Below, in pieces: positions 26,135 to 39,400 of a stretch of 64,000 bases of DNA. Source of the DNA: Octopus bimaculoides (lineage: Eukaryota); the NCBI RefSeq assembly GCF_001194135.2, contig NC_068982.1:6307114-6371113 (forward strand), given 5' to 3'. The position numbers were made by a program, and so were the translations under genes. Under the pieces are notes generated by a model that saw nothing but the letters and a program-made list of their open reading frames with translations, searched no databases and was not told the origin of the DNA. Position 1 is the stretch's first letter. Every line of letters begins with the position of its first letter.

Positions 26135-26350
26135 CTTTGTTCCAGCCTTCAGATTATGGCCATGCTGGAGCACCTCCTTAAGGAATTTTAGCTGAATGAA
26201 TTGAACCCAACACTTTTTCTTTTTTTAAAAGCCTAGTACTTACTCTCTTGACTTTTTTGTCGAACCGCTAAGTAACGGTGACGTAAAGACACTAACACCG
26301 TTCGTCAAGCAGTGGTGTAGAACAAACACAGACACAAAGACACATATACA
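26135..26350 (-). mobile_element. SINE family B 3' part, diverged
   Basis: atggccatgctggagcacctcc...gcctagtactta...cgaaccgctaagt is the reverse complement of the family B tail. Confidence 0.75.
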
Positions 26351-27550
26351 TGATTAGTCCCAACGCACGAAGCTCTCGGATTTTGAATCACTCTGTTCTG
26401 CTAAATATTAATAAAAATATAACTTAATGGCATTCTATAGGATGCGGTATGTTTTTGTGTGTGTATGCGTGTGTATGTGTGTGTATATACATGTGTGCTT
26501 ATATGTGCGTGTGTGTGCCTGTATCAATAGTATTCCAGTTTAGTTGAAGTGGAAATTTGTCTGGACGGTTAGTAATATAGGAAGCCTTGTGTTTGCAATG
26601 CGTTGATTATGAGCGGACATAGTTATTGTTTCGCCCCAGAAATATGATAAAGGCACGCCGGCAGTGAATATCTTATTATTTTGTGTATCGAGCCCTAAGC
26701 TGTCCAGTATTCCCTTACTTCTAAGGCGGAAGGTATTTTTCTTTCATAGTTAAGGAAGAGTTGGCTGCTATCTATAATGGATCGAACTTCGTTGGTTTGT
26801 GTGAGGTTGTCATGAGAGATCATTAACGATTGTGAAGCCAAGTGTTTATATAGAATTTGATGGTCTTAATGGTACGTTGGTCAAGTGTAAAATGGCGAAT
26901 TACAAAATTGTTTCCCTGACACAAAGCAATTGTTAATAGGTATTTTCAAAAGAAACTACGTTGTTATATGAACACTGAAGGGTATTTTAATGTCTCGCTT
27001 CATAGAAAGACTGTAATTATGGACGGTTGAAAGTAGGTTTCCTACAGATTACTTCTGTCATAGTTTTTCGACCTGCATAAAAATGCATATAATGTCATGT
27101 AGATTTTTCAGGTACAGAAGAAAATCACAACTAGAACCGAACAGTCATTTAATTCATTTAATGTAATTGATCGAATATGGGTGGTGATCAGCCATGTTAG
27201 AGAGCATTATAGCAGAGACGAGACAGCAAAATTACGATCCTAGGTATTTCAGCGAAGAAGTTTATTTCGGTGATTCTGCTACTCCACACATCCAAAAACG
27301 ACGTTTTCGATAGGAAGTATTTGAGAGAATTACAGTCTCAAGGAAATTAAAGAGTAAGCGTTCATGACCAAATAGCAGAAGAACGAAACCATTGTTAGTA
27401 AGGATCCAAACCTATATCTTTGAACATGTTCTAAGAGTTGATATTTACAGCCCACTGTCACCAAAATTTAAGACAAAAAGAGTAAAATCATTATAGTAAC
27501 TGATTTTATGTCATTATATATTAGTAAAGCAGCAATATACCCACAAATGT

Positions 27551-27765
27551 AAAGCAGCGAGCCGGTAGAATCGTTAGCACGCCGGGCGAAATGCTTAGCG
27601 GTATTTCGTCAGTCTTTGCATTCTGAGTTCAAATTCCGCCGAGGTCGACATTGCCTTTTATTCTTTCGGGGGTCGATAAATTAAGTACCAATTGCGTACT
27701 TTCGTCGATCTAATCGACTGGCCCCTCCCTAAAAATTCCGGGCCTTGTACCTAGAGTAGAAAGGA
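27551..27765 (+). mobile_element. SINE family A with 12 bp target-site duplication
   Basis: Flanked by atacccacaaat at 27537-27548 and 27768-27779. Confidence 0.92.
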
Positions 27766-27944
27766 AAATACCCACAAATAAATCTTATAAAAATTGATGT
27801 GTTATAATCGAGCTTATTAAGCATTGGTCGGCCGCATATATTTTAGGAGTAACTAAGATTACACCTGCCAGTTTGTTTTCACATTTTAAATTGGTGGAGT
27901 CTGATTCAAAAGAGATTAAGTTTCTATTTTAAGCAAGTTGAAAA

Positions 27945-28285
27945 AAGTAGCTGCGTGGTAAGTAGCTTGCTTCCCAGCCACATGGTTCCGGGTTCAGTCA
28001 CACTGCGTGGCACCTTGGGCAAGTGTCTTCTACTAAAGACTTGTGAGTGGATTTGGTAGACGGAAACTGAAAGAAGCCCGTCGTGTATATGTATGCATGT
28101 GTGTATCTGTGTTTGTCTCCCATCATCGCTTGACAACCGATGTTAGTGTGCTTACGTCTCATCAAAAGAGATCGATAGATTAAGTACTAGGCTTACAAAG
28201 AATAAGTCCTGGGGTTGATTTCTTCGACTAAAGGCGGTGCTGCAGCATGGCCGCAGTCACATGACTGAAACAAGCAGAAGAGTAA
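27945..28285 (+). mobile_element. SINE family B with small internal deletions
   Basis: Head, body and tail match the 6738-7147 copy. Confidence 0.9.
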
Positions 28286-28520
28286 AACGAATTTTAATTG
28301 GTAAGATATAAGAATAGACAGAACAAACATATAAGCGAACCAACTCAACAGGGGTTTTTCTTTCCACGTCAATTAAAAAGAAAGGAGACATTAATGTCTA
28401 GAGGAAGACATTTGCAAATTCAGAAACAGAAATTAATATAAAGTGTAAGACTCACACAAACGCACCCAAAGAAACAGACACACAACACACAAATATATAT
28501 ATACGCACACATATGCATCA

Positions 28521-28562
<42 letters not shown>

Positions 28563-29869
28563 TTAGGGTATCTAAGAAATACCACCATGCTTGAAATAGC
28601 AGCCAAAACCTTGATTCTAAAANNNNNNNNNNNNNNNNNNNNNNNNNNNNNNNNNNNNNNNNNNNNNNNNNNNNNNNNNNNNNNNNNNNNNNNNNNNNNN
28701 NNNNNNNNNNNNNNNNNNNNNNNNNNNNNNNNNNNNNNNNNNNNNNNNNNNNNNNNNNNNNNNNNNNNNNNNNNNNNNNNNNNNNNNNNNNNNNNNNNNN
28801 NNNNNNNNNNNNNNNNNNNNNNNNNNNNNNNNNNNNNNNNNNNNNNNNNNNNNNNNNNNNNNNNNNNNNNNNNNNNNNNNNNNNNNNNNNNNNNNNNNNN
28901 NNNNNNNNNNNNNNNNNNNNNNNNNNNNNNNNNNNNNNNNNNNNNNNNNNNNNNNNNNNNNNNNNNNNNNNNNNNNNNNNNNNNNNNNNNNNNNNNNNNN
29001 NNNNNNNNNNNNNNNNNNNNNNNNNNNNNNNNNNNNNNNNNNNNNNNNNNNNNNNNNNNNNNNNNNNNNNNNNNNNNNNNNNNNNNNNNNNNNNNNNNNN
29101 NNNNNNNNNNNNNNNNNNNNNNNNNNNNNNNNNNNNNNNNNNNNNNNNNNNNNNNNNNNNNNNNNNNNNNNNNNNNNNNNNNNNNNNNNNNNNNNNNNNN
29201 NNNNNNNNNNNNNNNNNNNNNNNNNNNNNNNNNNNNNNNNNNNNNNNNNNNNNNNNNNNNNNNNNNNNNNNNNNNNNNNNNNNNNNNNNNNNNNNNNNNN
29301 NNNNNNNNNNNNNNNNNNNNNNNNNNNNNNNNNNNNNNNNNNNNNNNNNNNNNNNNNNNNNNNNNNNNNNNNNNNNNNNNNNNNNNNNNNNNNNNNNNNN
29401 NNNNNNNNNNNNNNNNNNNNNNNNNNNNNNNNNNNNNNNNNNNNNNNNNNNNNNNNNNNNNNNNNNNNNNNNNNNNNNNNNNNNNNNNNNNNNNNNNNNN
29501 NNNNNNNNNNNNNNNNNNNNNNNNNNNNNNNNNNNNNNNNNNNNNNNNNNTATATATATATGGGTGTACACGCATGTGTTTCACGCGAGTGTGAGTGAGC
29601 ATATGCATATATAGCATGTGCGTATTTTAGACGTGTATTTGAAGATAATTGTGTGTGTATGGGTATGTGCACATGTGTGTGTGTGCGCGCGTGTGTGCAG
29701 ATATGTATGTGTGTATATGCATGGTTGCATATATATGAGCATATATAGGCGCATATGTGGGTGTGCATATATTAATTTCACGCGAGTGTGAATGATCATA
29801 TACATATAGACACAAGTACGTGGGTGTGCGTGTGCGCATGTGTATGTATGGACATGCGCGCTTACGCGA

Positions 29870-30130
29870 TTTCTGGGAGCATTTTTATTTCCTTACTTGT
29901 TTACTTTCTCCCCTTCGGTTTTTTCCCTTTATCTAACGGTCATTCTAATAGCTCTTTTGTCTTAATAACGGTCAATTACATAGTAATTTCCCTCTGTTTA
30001 ACGGTCATTTTCATAGCATTTTTTTGATTGCCTCTTTAGCTGACGAGATGCCGGAGCAGTTTCCCGTCCCGACATCCGAAACTCGGAGTCTTATTATGGC
30101 AACCAAATAATTGTCATATATTTTATTACA
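29870..30130 (+). mobile_element. Penelope-like terminal region with HHR-like motif at 30037-30093
   Basis: Pyrimidine-rich with three taacggtca repeats, then CTGACGA, a long imperfect stem II, GAAA, CTCGGAGTC. Confidence 0.6.
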
Positions 30131-30607
30131 GATATATATATATATATATNNNNNNNNNNNNNNNNNNNNNNNNNNNNNNNNNNNNNNNNNNNNNNNNNNN
30201 NNNNNNNNNNNNNNNNNNNNNNNNNNNNNNNNNNNNNNNNNNNNNNNNNNNNNNNNNNNNNNNNNNNNNNNNNNNNNNNNNNNNNNNNNNNNNNNNNNNN
30301 NNNNNNNNNNNNNNNNNNNNNNNNNNNNNNNNNNNNNNNNNNNNNNNNNNNNNNNNNNNNNNNNNNNNNNNNNNNNNNNNNNNNNNNNNNNNNNNNNNNN
30401 NNNNNNNNNNNNNNNNNNNNNNNNNNNNNNNNNNNNNNNNNNNNNNNNNNNNNNNNNNNNNNNNNNNNNNNNNNNNNNNNNNNNNNNNNNNNNNNNNNNN
30501 NNNNNNNNNNNNNNNNNNNNNNNNNNNNNNNNNNNNNNNNNNNNNNNNNNNNNNNNNNNNNNNNNNAGTTCTTGAAACTTGGTTATTTTCCCTAAAACTA
30601 TATATTT

Positions 30608-30640
<33 letters not shown>

Positions 30641-30666
30641 TTAAGGAAAGAGAGACACACGGACAA

Positions 30667-30667
<1 letters not shown>

Positions 30668-30743
<76 letters not shown>
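30668..30743. repeat. (AGAT)n tetranucleotide microsatellite
   Basis: Directly visible. Confidence 0.95.
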
Positions 30744-30744
<1 letters not shown>

Positions 30745-31399
30745 GCAAATGTCTGAGTGACACTGCTTGTTCGTTTGAGTAAGACCATTCCTTCAGTTAT
30801 AAATAAGAGTGAATAAGAAGATTTTTAGAATCTTTCCACAAGACAAATTGTCTGCGTTGAGATACGATACAGCAAAAGAGAACTTGTACATATATATCGT
30901 ATTTATCCAATCAATTATTTCACTTCAATTCTGACACTATGTACTACTGCATGCTTGTATGTGTGTGTATCAAGTTCACAATTTCAATTAATTTTATTTT
31001 CTGTTTCTTGAAATTGTGCAAGATAGTGAAAATATTTTCAGTATAATTATTTAAAAAAAAAAGTAATATACTGAAAATAGTTTTACAAATAGCAATCTAT
31101 TTCTCATGATAACAAATCTATAGAGTGAAAGGCTTTAAATAGATAAAGGTATTCTGTTTCACATATACTTTTCCTTTAGTTGTCTCAGAAAGAAATATGC
31201 GCAAGTGTTTGTAAAAAAAAACACCCTTCATGAAATGGTATCCATTAAGTTACAATCAAAATTGTTCATATAAAGCATAAGCTGATTAGGAACGAATGTA
31301 TTTTATTCACAGTAATAATGGTTTTTATTGCAGATCGGCTCTGATCGAACAAACATAGAACTTAATATTCTAGTCACGATCATCACATCGTTTTTCATA

Positions 31400-31700
31400 T
31401 GTGTTGGAAATCCAGGTTCAAGTTATTAAGTGTATCTTTTCCAAAACGGTGTGATTTGAAAAAAGATTTCGTTGCTGTTTGCAGCTGGTTGAGTGAAAGA
31501 TAACGTTGGACTGGTTCTAGCTCAGATATTGGAGAAGATGCAAACCTCGTTTCCAGAATAGGCAAACCCCGTTTCCACATTTTTTAAACCATTTTGCGTG
31601 TGATGTCCCTTTCGCAACAGTTTGTTGTTAAGATCACTTTCATTAGTTCAGACTTTCCTCCGTTTATTTCGGTCAAAAACAGTTGAAATGCCTCACAAAG
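31400..31700 (-). mobile_element. Possible highly decayed mariner N-terminus
   Basis: Frameshifted TEINGG, CER..RK/WFKKCGNG and HRFGK loosely follow FxRG...ERTxRxWFKKFRNG...HLxxxGK. Confidence 0.4.
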
Positions 31701-31890
31701 ACGTTCAACTTTTGACACTGCCCACTGTTTGGTTAGACAGATAATTAATGGAAAACGTGTTGCATCATCACGTTTTTGTTACTCTTTCCAATCAGTATAT
31801 TAGGATTTACTATTTACATCCGTTATCTATCTGTCTGTCTGTCTGTCTGTCCGTCCGTCCATCCATCCATCTATCTATCTATCTATCTAA

Positions 31891-31929
<39 letters not shown>

Positions 31930-32232
31930 GTGAGTTAGAGATTGAGAAACCAACTAAGGGATAGTACCTATCCAATATACTGCTGGTAGTGTACCCAATT
32001 ATTCATACCCAAGTGCTAGTTATTGCGTGGCAATCTCGCAATTGTGTGTTATATATGGGCGGGGATAAAAAGTGGTTTACCCTTAATTTATACTGCAAAT
32101 AAGAAAATGGAGAGGATACAAAAACGACTAGTACATGTGTATGTATTCTTCTAATACATTCTAATACAATAGAATAATGTCTACCGGCTGATGTATGTCG
32201 CTTTTGCATCCTCTCCATTTTCTTATTTGCCG

Positions 32233-32263
<31 letters not shown>

Positions 32264-32351
32264 NNNNNNNNNNATATATATATATATACATATATATATA
32301 CATGCATACAAACATACATAAGTACGTGCGTACATGGCATACATACATAAA

Positions 32352-32737
32352 TGGCAGTGTGGTAATGAGTTTGGTTTCCGTACATGGGGTTTCAGGTTCA
32401 GTTCCACTGCATGGCATCTAGAGAGAGTGTCTTTTACTATATCCCCAACTTACCAAAAGCTTGCGAGTGGATTTGGTAGTCAAAAAGTAAAAAAACGCTT
32501 GTACATGTGTGTGTGCGCGCGCGCGCGCGTGTGCGTGCGTGTGTGTGTGCATGCGTGCGTGTGTGTCTTTATATTTGTCCCCAAGGAGTGCTTGACAACT
32601 GGTGCAACTTAATGTTCAGTAAAGCATGGCTGATAGAAAAACCATCATGTTTAAAAAGAAGTACAGGGGGCAAGCTGTTCGACTAAACCCTTTAAGGCAG
32701 CGCCCCAGTATAGCCGCAGCCCAAAAGATAAAAGATC
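32352..32737 (+). mobile_element. SINE family B, old diverged copy
   Basis: ggcagtgtggtaatgagtttg...ggttcagttccactgc...gcttgacaactggtg...gactaaaccctttaaggcagcgccccagtatagccgcag. Confidence 0.8.
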
Positions 32738-33900
32738 ATTTATATTTTTCTGTATTCGCTATCTGTTCCTCGTTCTTAGAACATCTATAAAGGAATAAAT
32801 GTCGTTTTCTATTGCTTTTGCCTTGTAAATCCTGCCAACTCCTGCATTTGTATTTCTTAGTCTTGTTTCTCCTTTTGGATTAAACATCGATTTGCACCTC
32901 AAGATTCATCAATTCCAGTACATGAAAAGGAATCAGAAAAAGAAAAGAGATATTTATTTGTAGTTTTGTGTCGTTGTTGTTGTTGCACTCATCAGATTCT
33001 TTTTCCAAAACGATAGCTATGGATTCTTTCTGTGTTCAATTTTAGTGTCGTTTATTGTTTCAAGTTCTTCTGTCTTTTCTTTACGTTTAGATACATTCAT
33101 TTACTTCTTGTTGTTACTATAACTGTTGTGATTCCATTTCTGCTGTTGGTTATAATAAACGTCAATTTTTTCGAAACCGTCAGATAACTTTCGAGCAATC
33201 CCTGCTTCCATACTTCGCTTTATAGCACTTTGACTTCTTTCCAGCAACTAATACACGAATGTCATGTAGTATATAACACAACACAACACAGGCTTGCAGG
33301 TGTTAGCATATCCCCAACCTTCGATTTATCTCCAACCAGGCAGTTTATGAATATTTCATCGAACAGTGATAAGCTAAAACTCTAAGTATTAGTAAAAAGA
33401 TATCTGACGTGCAAAAGTCGATGGAATACGTTGTCTTGTATTCTTCATTACACAACAAAATTTATTCCAAAAGTTTTCATGAAAAACCATTCGGCGCTCT
33501 TCGTTTTGTTAAACCTATTTTAGGCGACATTCTTAGAAACCCATTTTTCTTCTTCCCTCGACAGTTATATTGCTGGATAAATATATACACGGGGAAGCTT
33601 AGTGAAAGTGGATTTTGTTGGATAAAATTTTCTGTACAACGACATGCATCTTCAGCCAGCTGGTGTTGCTATTTCAGGTTGATGACGAACAATGACTCAG
33701 AAACATGTCCCTGAATGCAGATTAGGCTGGGTGGGGGTGCTTGTCTCCCCCTCGCAAATATAAGGACACAGGAAATGTGTCAAAGCCGACAGGAAGCGGT
33801 CCAGCTACCTAGGGCTAAATAGCAGCAGTATAATTCTCTTATTGGGACTGTCACATTAAGTTGACAGTATACAAATATGATTTAACATGTCTGAAAGGTA

Positions 33901-34068
33901 TAAGGCGGTGAGCTTAGCAGCACTTCGTCCGTCTTTATGTCCTGGTTTCAAATTCTACCGAGGTCGACTTTGCATTTCATCCTTTCGGTGTCGAGCTCTG
34001 GGCACGATCTAATCGATTTCCCCACCCACCCTCTAAATTGCTGGGCTCTTACCAAAATGTTAGACCAA
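33901..34068 (+). mobile_element. SINE family A with internal deletions
   Basis: aaggcggtgagcttagcagcacttcgtccg...aggtcgactttgcatttcatcctttcgg. Confidence 0.8.
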
Positions 34069-34157
34069 TGTATCTGAAACATGACATCATTTATTCTTTA
34101 AATATAAGAAGTGAATGATTATGAAGATTCCTTGTTGCTGGTAATAGATATTTAAAG

Positions 34158-34285
34158 CTTCTTCTTCTTCTTCTTCTTCTTCTTCTTCTTCTTCTTCTTC
34201 TTCTTCTTCTTCTTTTTTTCTTCTTCTTCTTCTTCTTCTTCTTCTTCTTCTTCTTCTTCTGATGATGATGATGATGATGATGATG

Positions 34286-34327
<42 letters not shown>
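34158..34327. repeat. Compound trinucleotide repeat (CTT)n-(GAT)9-(CAT)n
   Basis: Directly visible; source of the poly-M/I/R/E and poly-D/H/K/R ORFs. Confidence 0.97.
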
Positions 34328-34839
34328 TTGATGAGTGAGTGATGGGAATGGGGTGCTGATGTTTAACACCTGGCCTACCTTCAGTCAGCGATACACGTGA
34401 CATTCTAATTAAAATTTTGTCCTTTTATTGATTTATTTTTTCTTAAGATAGAGGCAGGTAGGCTTGAGGGACATTTAGTTGCTTGTTTTAGCAGGTGAAA
34501 TGACCAGGAAAAGATTATTTTGCCGGCTCGTAAAGAGCTGTGAAATCGGTTTGGATTATTGTCGGAATTACAAGCAAGCTAAACGGCAAAATACAAATGT
34601 ACGTACCTGTGCTTCAGAAGTTTTGTCACACGATTCTAAGAGACATGTGTGTTCGTTGGATCTGTTACGACATAGGTGCTGCAGGTTCCATTAAAATATT
34701 TAATAAGCTGAAGATTAAGCTGGCAACAGAAGACAGATATATTGGAATCTGATCTAAGTGTATTTGACCTCACAGAATTTAACAAATACAGAATCTGACA
34801 AGTTGAGATTCATAAATAAGAGAATAATTTAACAGCATT

Positions 34840-34856
34840 TGTGCGTGTGCGTGTGC

Positions 34857-34918
<62 letters not shown>

Positions 34919-35183
34919 CAGAGAAAGAGAGAGAGGGAAAAGGAAGGGAAGAGTGAGCGAGAACAAAGGCTGAAAGGTAAATAGTGAAAAGTGTGGGCGC
35001 ATCAGTATGTTTGTAAGGTTAGGCTTGGTGCGCGCGCGCGTGTGTGTGCGTATGCCTTGTCTGTATTTGATTCAATAAGACTATGAGAGTTAGATTAAAA
35101 TATATACACATGAACAGGTGCAAATCAGTGCAGGAGGTTAAGGTATCAACGTTCATGACAGACACATAGAAAAATAGACAGAT

Positions 35184-35234
<51 letters not shown>

Positions 35235-35257
35235 TAGATAGATAGAGAGAAGGAAAA

Positions 35258-35306
<49 letters not shown>

Positions 35307-35352
35307 AAATAGATAGATATAAATAGATAGATAGATAGATAGATAGATAGAT
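34840..35352. repeat. Cluster of (GT)n, (GA)n, (AGAC)n and (AGAT)n microsatellites
   Basis: Directly visible. Confidence 0.9.
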
Positions 35353-36359
35353 TCTAAGAAATACTAGTGTTGCATTCTTCAGTAATTCTATTTCGATTTT
35401 CTTGGTTCAATAAATGGTCATGCATTATAATACATTTCTTTGATTTAAGTAAATCTTTTTGATTCTGGGAATCTAAATTACTGTTTGGATGAAAAGTCAA
35501 CGTTGTCTTTGTAGTTTATTAATTTCCATAATCTTTTAATACAAATAAATCTATTCTCATATTTCTTTGTGAATAGAACATATAAACTTTGATTCTTAAT
35601 ATGTTTTCTGATACATATTTGAAAAAAAAGTAGAGGAATTTGCTACGCTTATCATTTCAACATGAATAAATCCGCCAGGCACGAAGCAGTAAAAGAAACA
35701 AAAAAAGAAAGAAAATGCATAATCAAAGAGGTCAGGATGTAAACAGTTTCTTTTTTTCCATTGAAAGCTGATTCAAGGAATCGTCCAAAGGCAAGATTGT
35801 TGCTTTGCTCTTCCATTTATAGCAGCCGTTTGTTCTTTCGTTACTCAGGATTCCCGAAGGAGACTCTTCAAACAGAANNNNNNNNNNNNNNNNNNNNNNN
35901 NNNNNNNNNNNNNNNNNNNNNNNNNNNNNNNNNNNNNNNNNNNNNNNNNNNNNNNNNNNNNNNNNNNNNNNNNNNNNNNNNNNNNNNNNNNNNNNNNNNN
36001 NNNNNNNNNNNNNNNNNNNNNNNNNNNNNNNNNNNNNNNNNNNNNNNNNNNNNNNNNNNNNNNNNNNNNNNNNNNNNNNNNNNNNNNNNNNNNNNNNNNN
36101 NNNNNNNNNNNNNNNNNNNNNNNNNNNNNNNNNNNNNNNNNNNNNNNNNNNNNNNNNNNNNNNNNNNNNNNNNNNNNNNNNNNNNNNNNNNNNNNNNNNN
36201 NNNNNNNNNNNNNNNNNNNNNNNNNNNNNNNNNNNNNNNNNNNNNNNNNNNNNNNNNNNNNNNNNNNNNNNNNNNNNNNNNNNNNNNNNNNNNNNNNNNN
36301 NNNNNNNNNNNNNNNNNNNNNNNNNNNNNNNNNNNNNNNNNNNTATATATATATATATT

Positions 36360-37060
36360 ATTTATATCATTATATGATCGAATGCCACGCATCCATTTCC
36401 AAGTAAGTTTTATCTTAATAATTCCGATGCGACACTATTCTATCACTATCTGTTTCTCTCTCTCTTCTTCCTTCTATATTCTTTTTTCTCTCCCACCATT
36501 CCTCTAATTCTTCTCCTCCCCTTAACCATTCTCTATCTGTCCCTCACTCTTCCTCCTTGACTTTCGCATTGCTCACACGTGACCAGCGGCCATCTTTCTT
36601 CTCCTAACTCGAATTCCTTTCTTTCTTCTCGTTCAGCTACAAGGGAAGCTCGCATTTTTGTCTGTCTTTTGTCAAAGCTTGTTTCTCCAGCGTTTTCCAC
36701 TTCACCTCGTTATGGCTTAACAGCCCTTACCTTTGTTTTAACTGTCCTGTTTTTGTTACTATCTTCGACCGTCCGCAAATCGCAAATTTTATTTAATTTG
36801 CTTTGCGGAAGCAGTTGTTTTTGACGAAGAATCATCTTGTCCTAACGCTCGAAATCCGGAGTAGATAAAACAGTGGACAACTGATGAAGGGATTGTTCTT
36901 TATGTCGCCTGTCTGGTCTTTCTATTTGTTTCTTTCGATGTTCACAAAAAGAATTCGTTTTCCATGTTTTTGTATTTCATGTTCTCATTTTTCATGTTGT
37001 TTACATTTTTTTGATGTCCTGTACCCATATATGCATGTGTCTATACATATATGTGTAGGT
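36360..37060 (+). mobile_element. Probable Penelope-like terminal-repeat remnant with degenerate HHR-like motif (36815-36870)
   Basis: Pyrimidine-rich tract, then ttgacga-a-gaat...gctc-GAAA-tccgga-GTA-gataaaacag. Confidence 0.45.
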
Positions 37061-37064
37061 ATGT

Positions 37065-37468
37065 ACATGTAGGTATGTGTGATAAGTAGCTTGCTAACCA
37101 ACCATGGTCCTGGGTTCAGTCCCACTGCATAGTATCTTGGACAAGTGTCTTCTACTATAGCCTCGGGCCAACTGAAGCCTTGTGAGTGGAATTGGTAGAC
37201 GGAAAATGAAAGAAGCCCATCGTATATATGTATATATATATGTGTGTGTGCGTGCGTGTGTATATGTTTGTGTGACTGTGTCCCTCCCCCCAGCATCGCA
37301 TCACAACCAATGCTGGTGTGTTTACGTTCCCATAACTTAGCAGTTTGGCCAAAGAGACCAAAAGAATAAGTATTAGGCTTACAAAGAATAAGCTCTGGGG
37401 TCGATTTGCTCGACTAAAGGCGGTGCTCCAGCATGGCCGTATTCAAATGACTGAAACAAATAAAAGAG
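37065..37468 (+). mobile_element. SINE family B
   Basis: Matches the 6738-7147 copy along its length. Confidence 0.9.
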
Positions 37469-38167
37469 CATATATATATATATACATATATGATTATATA
37501 TATAGATATGATTGTATATATANNNNNNNNNNNNNNNNNNNNNNNNNNNNNNNNNNNNNNNNNNNNNNNNNNNNNNNNNNNNNNNNNNNNNNNNNNAAGA
37601 ATAAGTATTAGGCTTACAAAGAATAAGCTCTGGGGTCGATTTGCTCGACTAAAGGCGGTGCTCCAGCATGGCCGTATTCAAATGACTGAAACAAATAAAA
37701 GAGCATATATATATATATACATATATATACAATCATATATATGTTCACAAACACACACACACATATATACTATATACATATATTTACACACTCTCATACT
37801 CATAGATAGATAGATAGATAGATAGATATGAGTTTCGAAGAACACTGGGTAAACAGAACTGAGTACATGAGTATATATATTTTATGGCTTTTGTCGGTAT
37901 AAGTTCCAAAGAGAATCAAGGGCCGAAACTTTCGTGCGGCCAATTAAGTCACTTAGTAACTTGAGCCGATGACAATCGCTTTAGTCCCTTGCTGTTCTGG
38001 AGTTTTAACTACGTGTACCAGGAGTCATCAGTTAAGTTATGGCTCAAGATATAACTGTGAGTCACTTGTCCCACGATCATGTGAATACTCAAGCGAAATT
38101 CCCAAGAAGCAAGAGATTGGTATATTCTTTGGATACTTTAATTTCGTATGTTTTATTTCCATCATTC

Positions 38168-38382
38168 TTTTCTACACTAGGCGCAAGGCCCGAAATTTTG
38201 GGGGAGGGTGTCAGTCGACTAGATCAACTCCAATATGCAACTGGTACTTAATTTATCGACCCCGAAAGGATGAAAGACAAAGTTGACCTTGGTGGAATTT
38301 GAACTCAGAACATAAAGACAAACGAAATACTGCTAAGCACTTCGCCCGGCGCGCTAACGTTTCTGCCAGCTCACCGCCATTT
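38168..38382 (-). mobile_element. SINE family A
   Basis: Reverse-complement full-length copy flanked by ccatcattc direct repeats. Confidence 0.92.
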
Positions 38383-38444
38383 TTATTCCCATCATTCCGT
38401 TTATTTCTATGGTTACCAAGGTACTTTTCATATGTATTCAAGTA

Positions 38445-38537
<93 letters not shown>

Positions 38538-38545
38538 TGTGTGTA

Positions 38546-38960
38546 TAGGCATAGGTGAAGTTGTGTGGCGAGAAGATTCCTTTCCAACCACATACTCTTA
38601 GGTTCATTCATTTGCCTCGCACTTTGGGAAAGTCTCTTCCACTATAACACCTGGGGCCGACCAAATCCTTTTGAGTGGATTTGGAAGACGGAAACTGGAA
38701 GAAGCCCGTCGTATATAAATGTATACCGATGTGTGTGTGCGTGGGGGTATGTCTGTATTTGTCCCCCACCACTGCTTGATTACCTGAGGTGATAATCTGT
38801 TTATGTCTCAGTAACTTAGCGTTTCGGCAAAAAGAGACAGACAGAACAAGTGCCAGTCTTAAAAAATAAGTACTGTAATCGATTCATTCGACTAAAATTC
38901 TTCAAGGTGGTGATCCAGCATGGCCACATCTAATGACTGAAACAAGTAAAAGAATGAAAG
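38546..38960 (+). mobile_element. SINE family B variant
   Basis: Diverged head; tail variant gactaaaattcttcaaggtggtgatccagcatggccac. Confidence 0.85.
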
Positions 38961-39084
38961 AATGAAAGAATACGGTGCATGCGTAAAATGTCTACACTAC
39001 AACATTGTTCCGCATCTCATAATGGTACATTATAAATTCCTCTGAATGTTGATGCTTTACCTGTGTATGAGAAGACATGAAGAC

Positions 39085-39400
39085 ACGTGGCTAAGTGGTA
39101 AGGGCATTCGGCTCACGACCGTATGGTCATGGGTTCAATTCCTGGCGACGCATTGTGTCCTTGAGCAAGACACTTTATTTCACGTTGCTCCAGTTCACTC
39201 AGCTGGCAAAAATGAGTAGTACCTGTATTTCAAATGGCCAACCTTGTTACATTATGTGTCACGCTGAAGTTCCCAGTGAACTACGTTAAGGGTACACGTG
39301 TCTGTGGAGTGCTCAGCCACTTGCACATTAAATTCACGAGCAAGCTGTTCTGTTGATCGGATCAACTGAAACCCTTGTCGTTGTAACCAACGGAGTGCCA
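39085..39400 (+). mobile_element. SINE with family C 3' half but a different tRNA head and central segment
   Basis: gtggctaagtggtaagggc A box and gggttcaattcc B box, then tgtgtccttgagcaagacacttt...; joins family C sequence at gtacctgtatttcaaa (~39218). Confidence 0.85.

Noticed and set aside
32960-32996. Minus-strand CUGAUGA-gtg...cac-aaaac
   Set aside because: No G12, no NUH triplet and no stem I; chance match.
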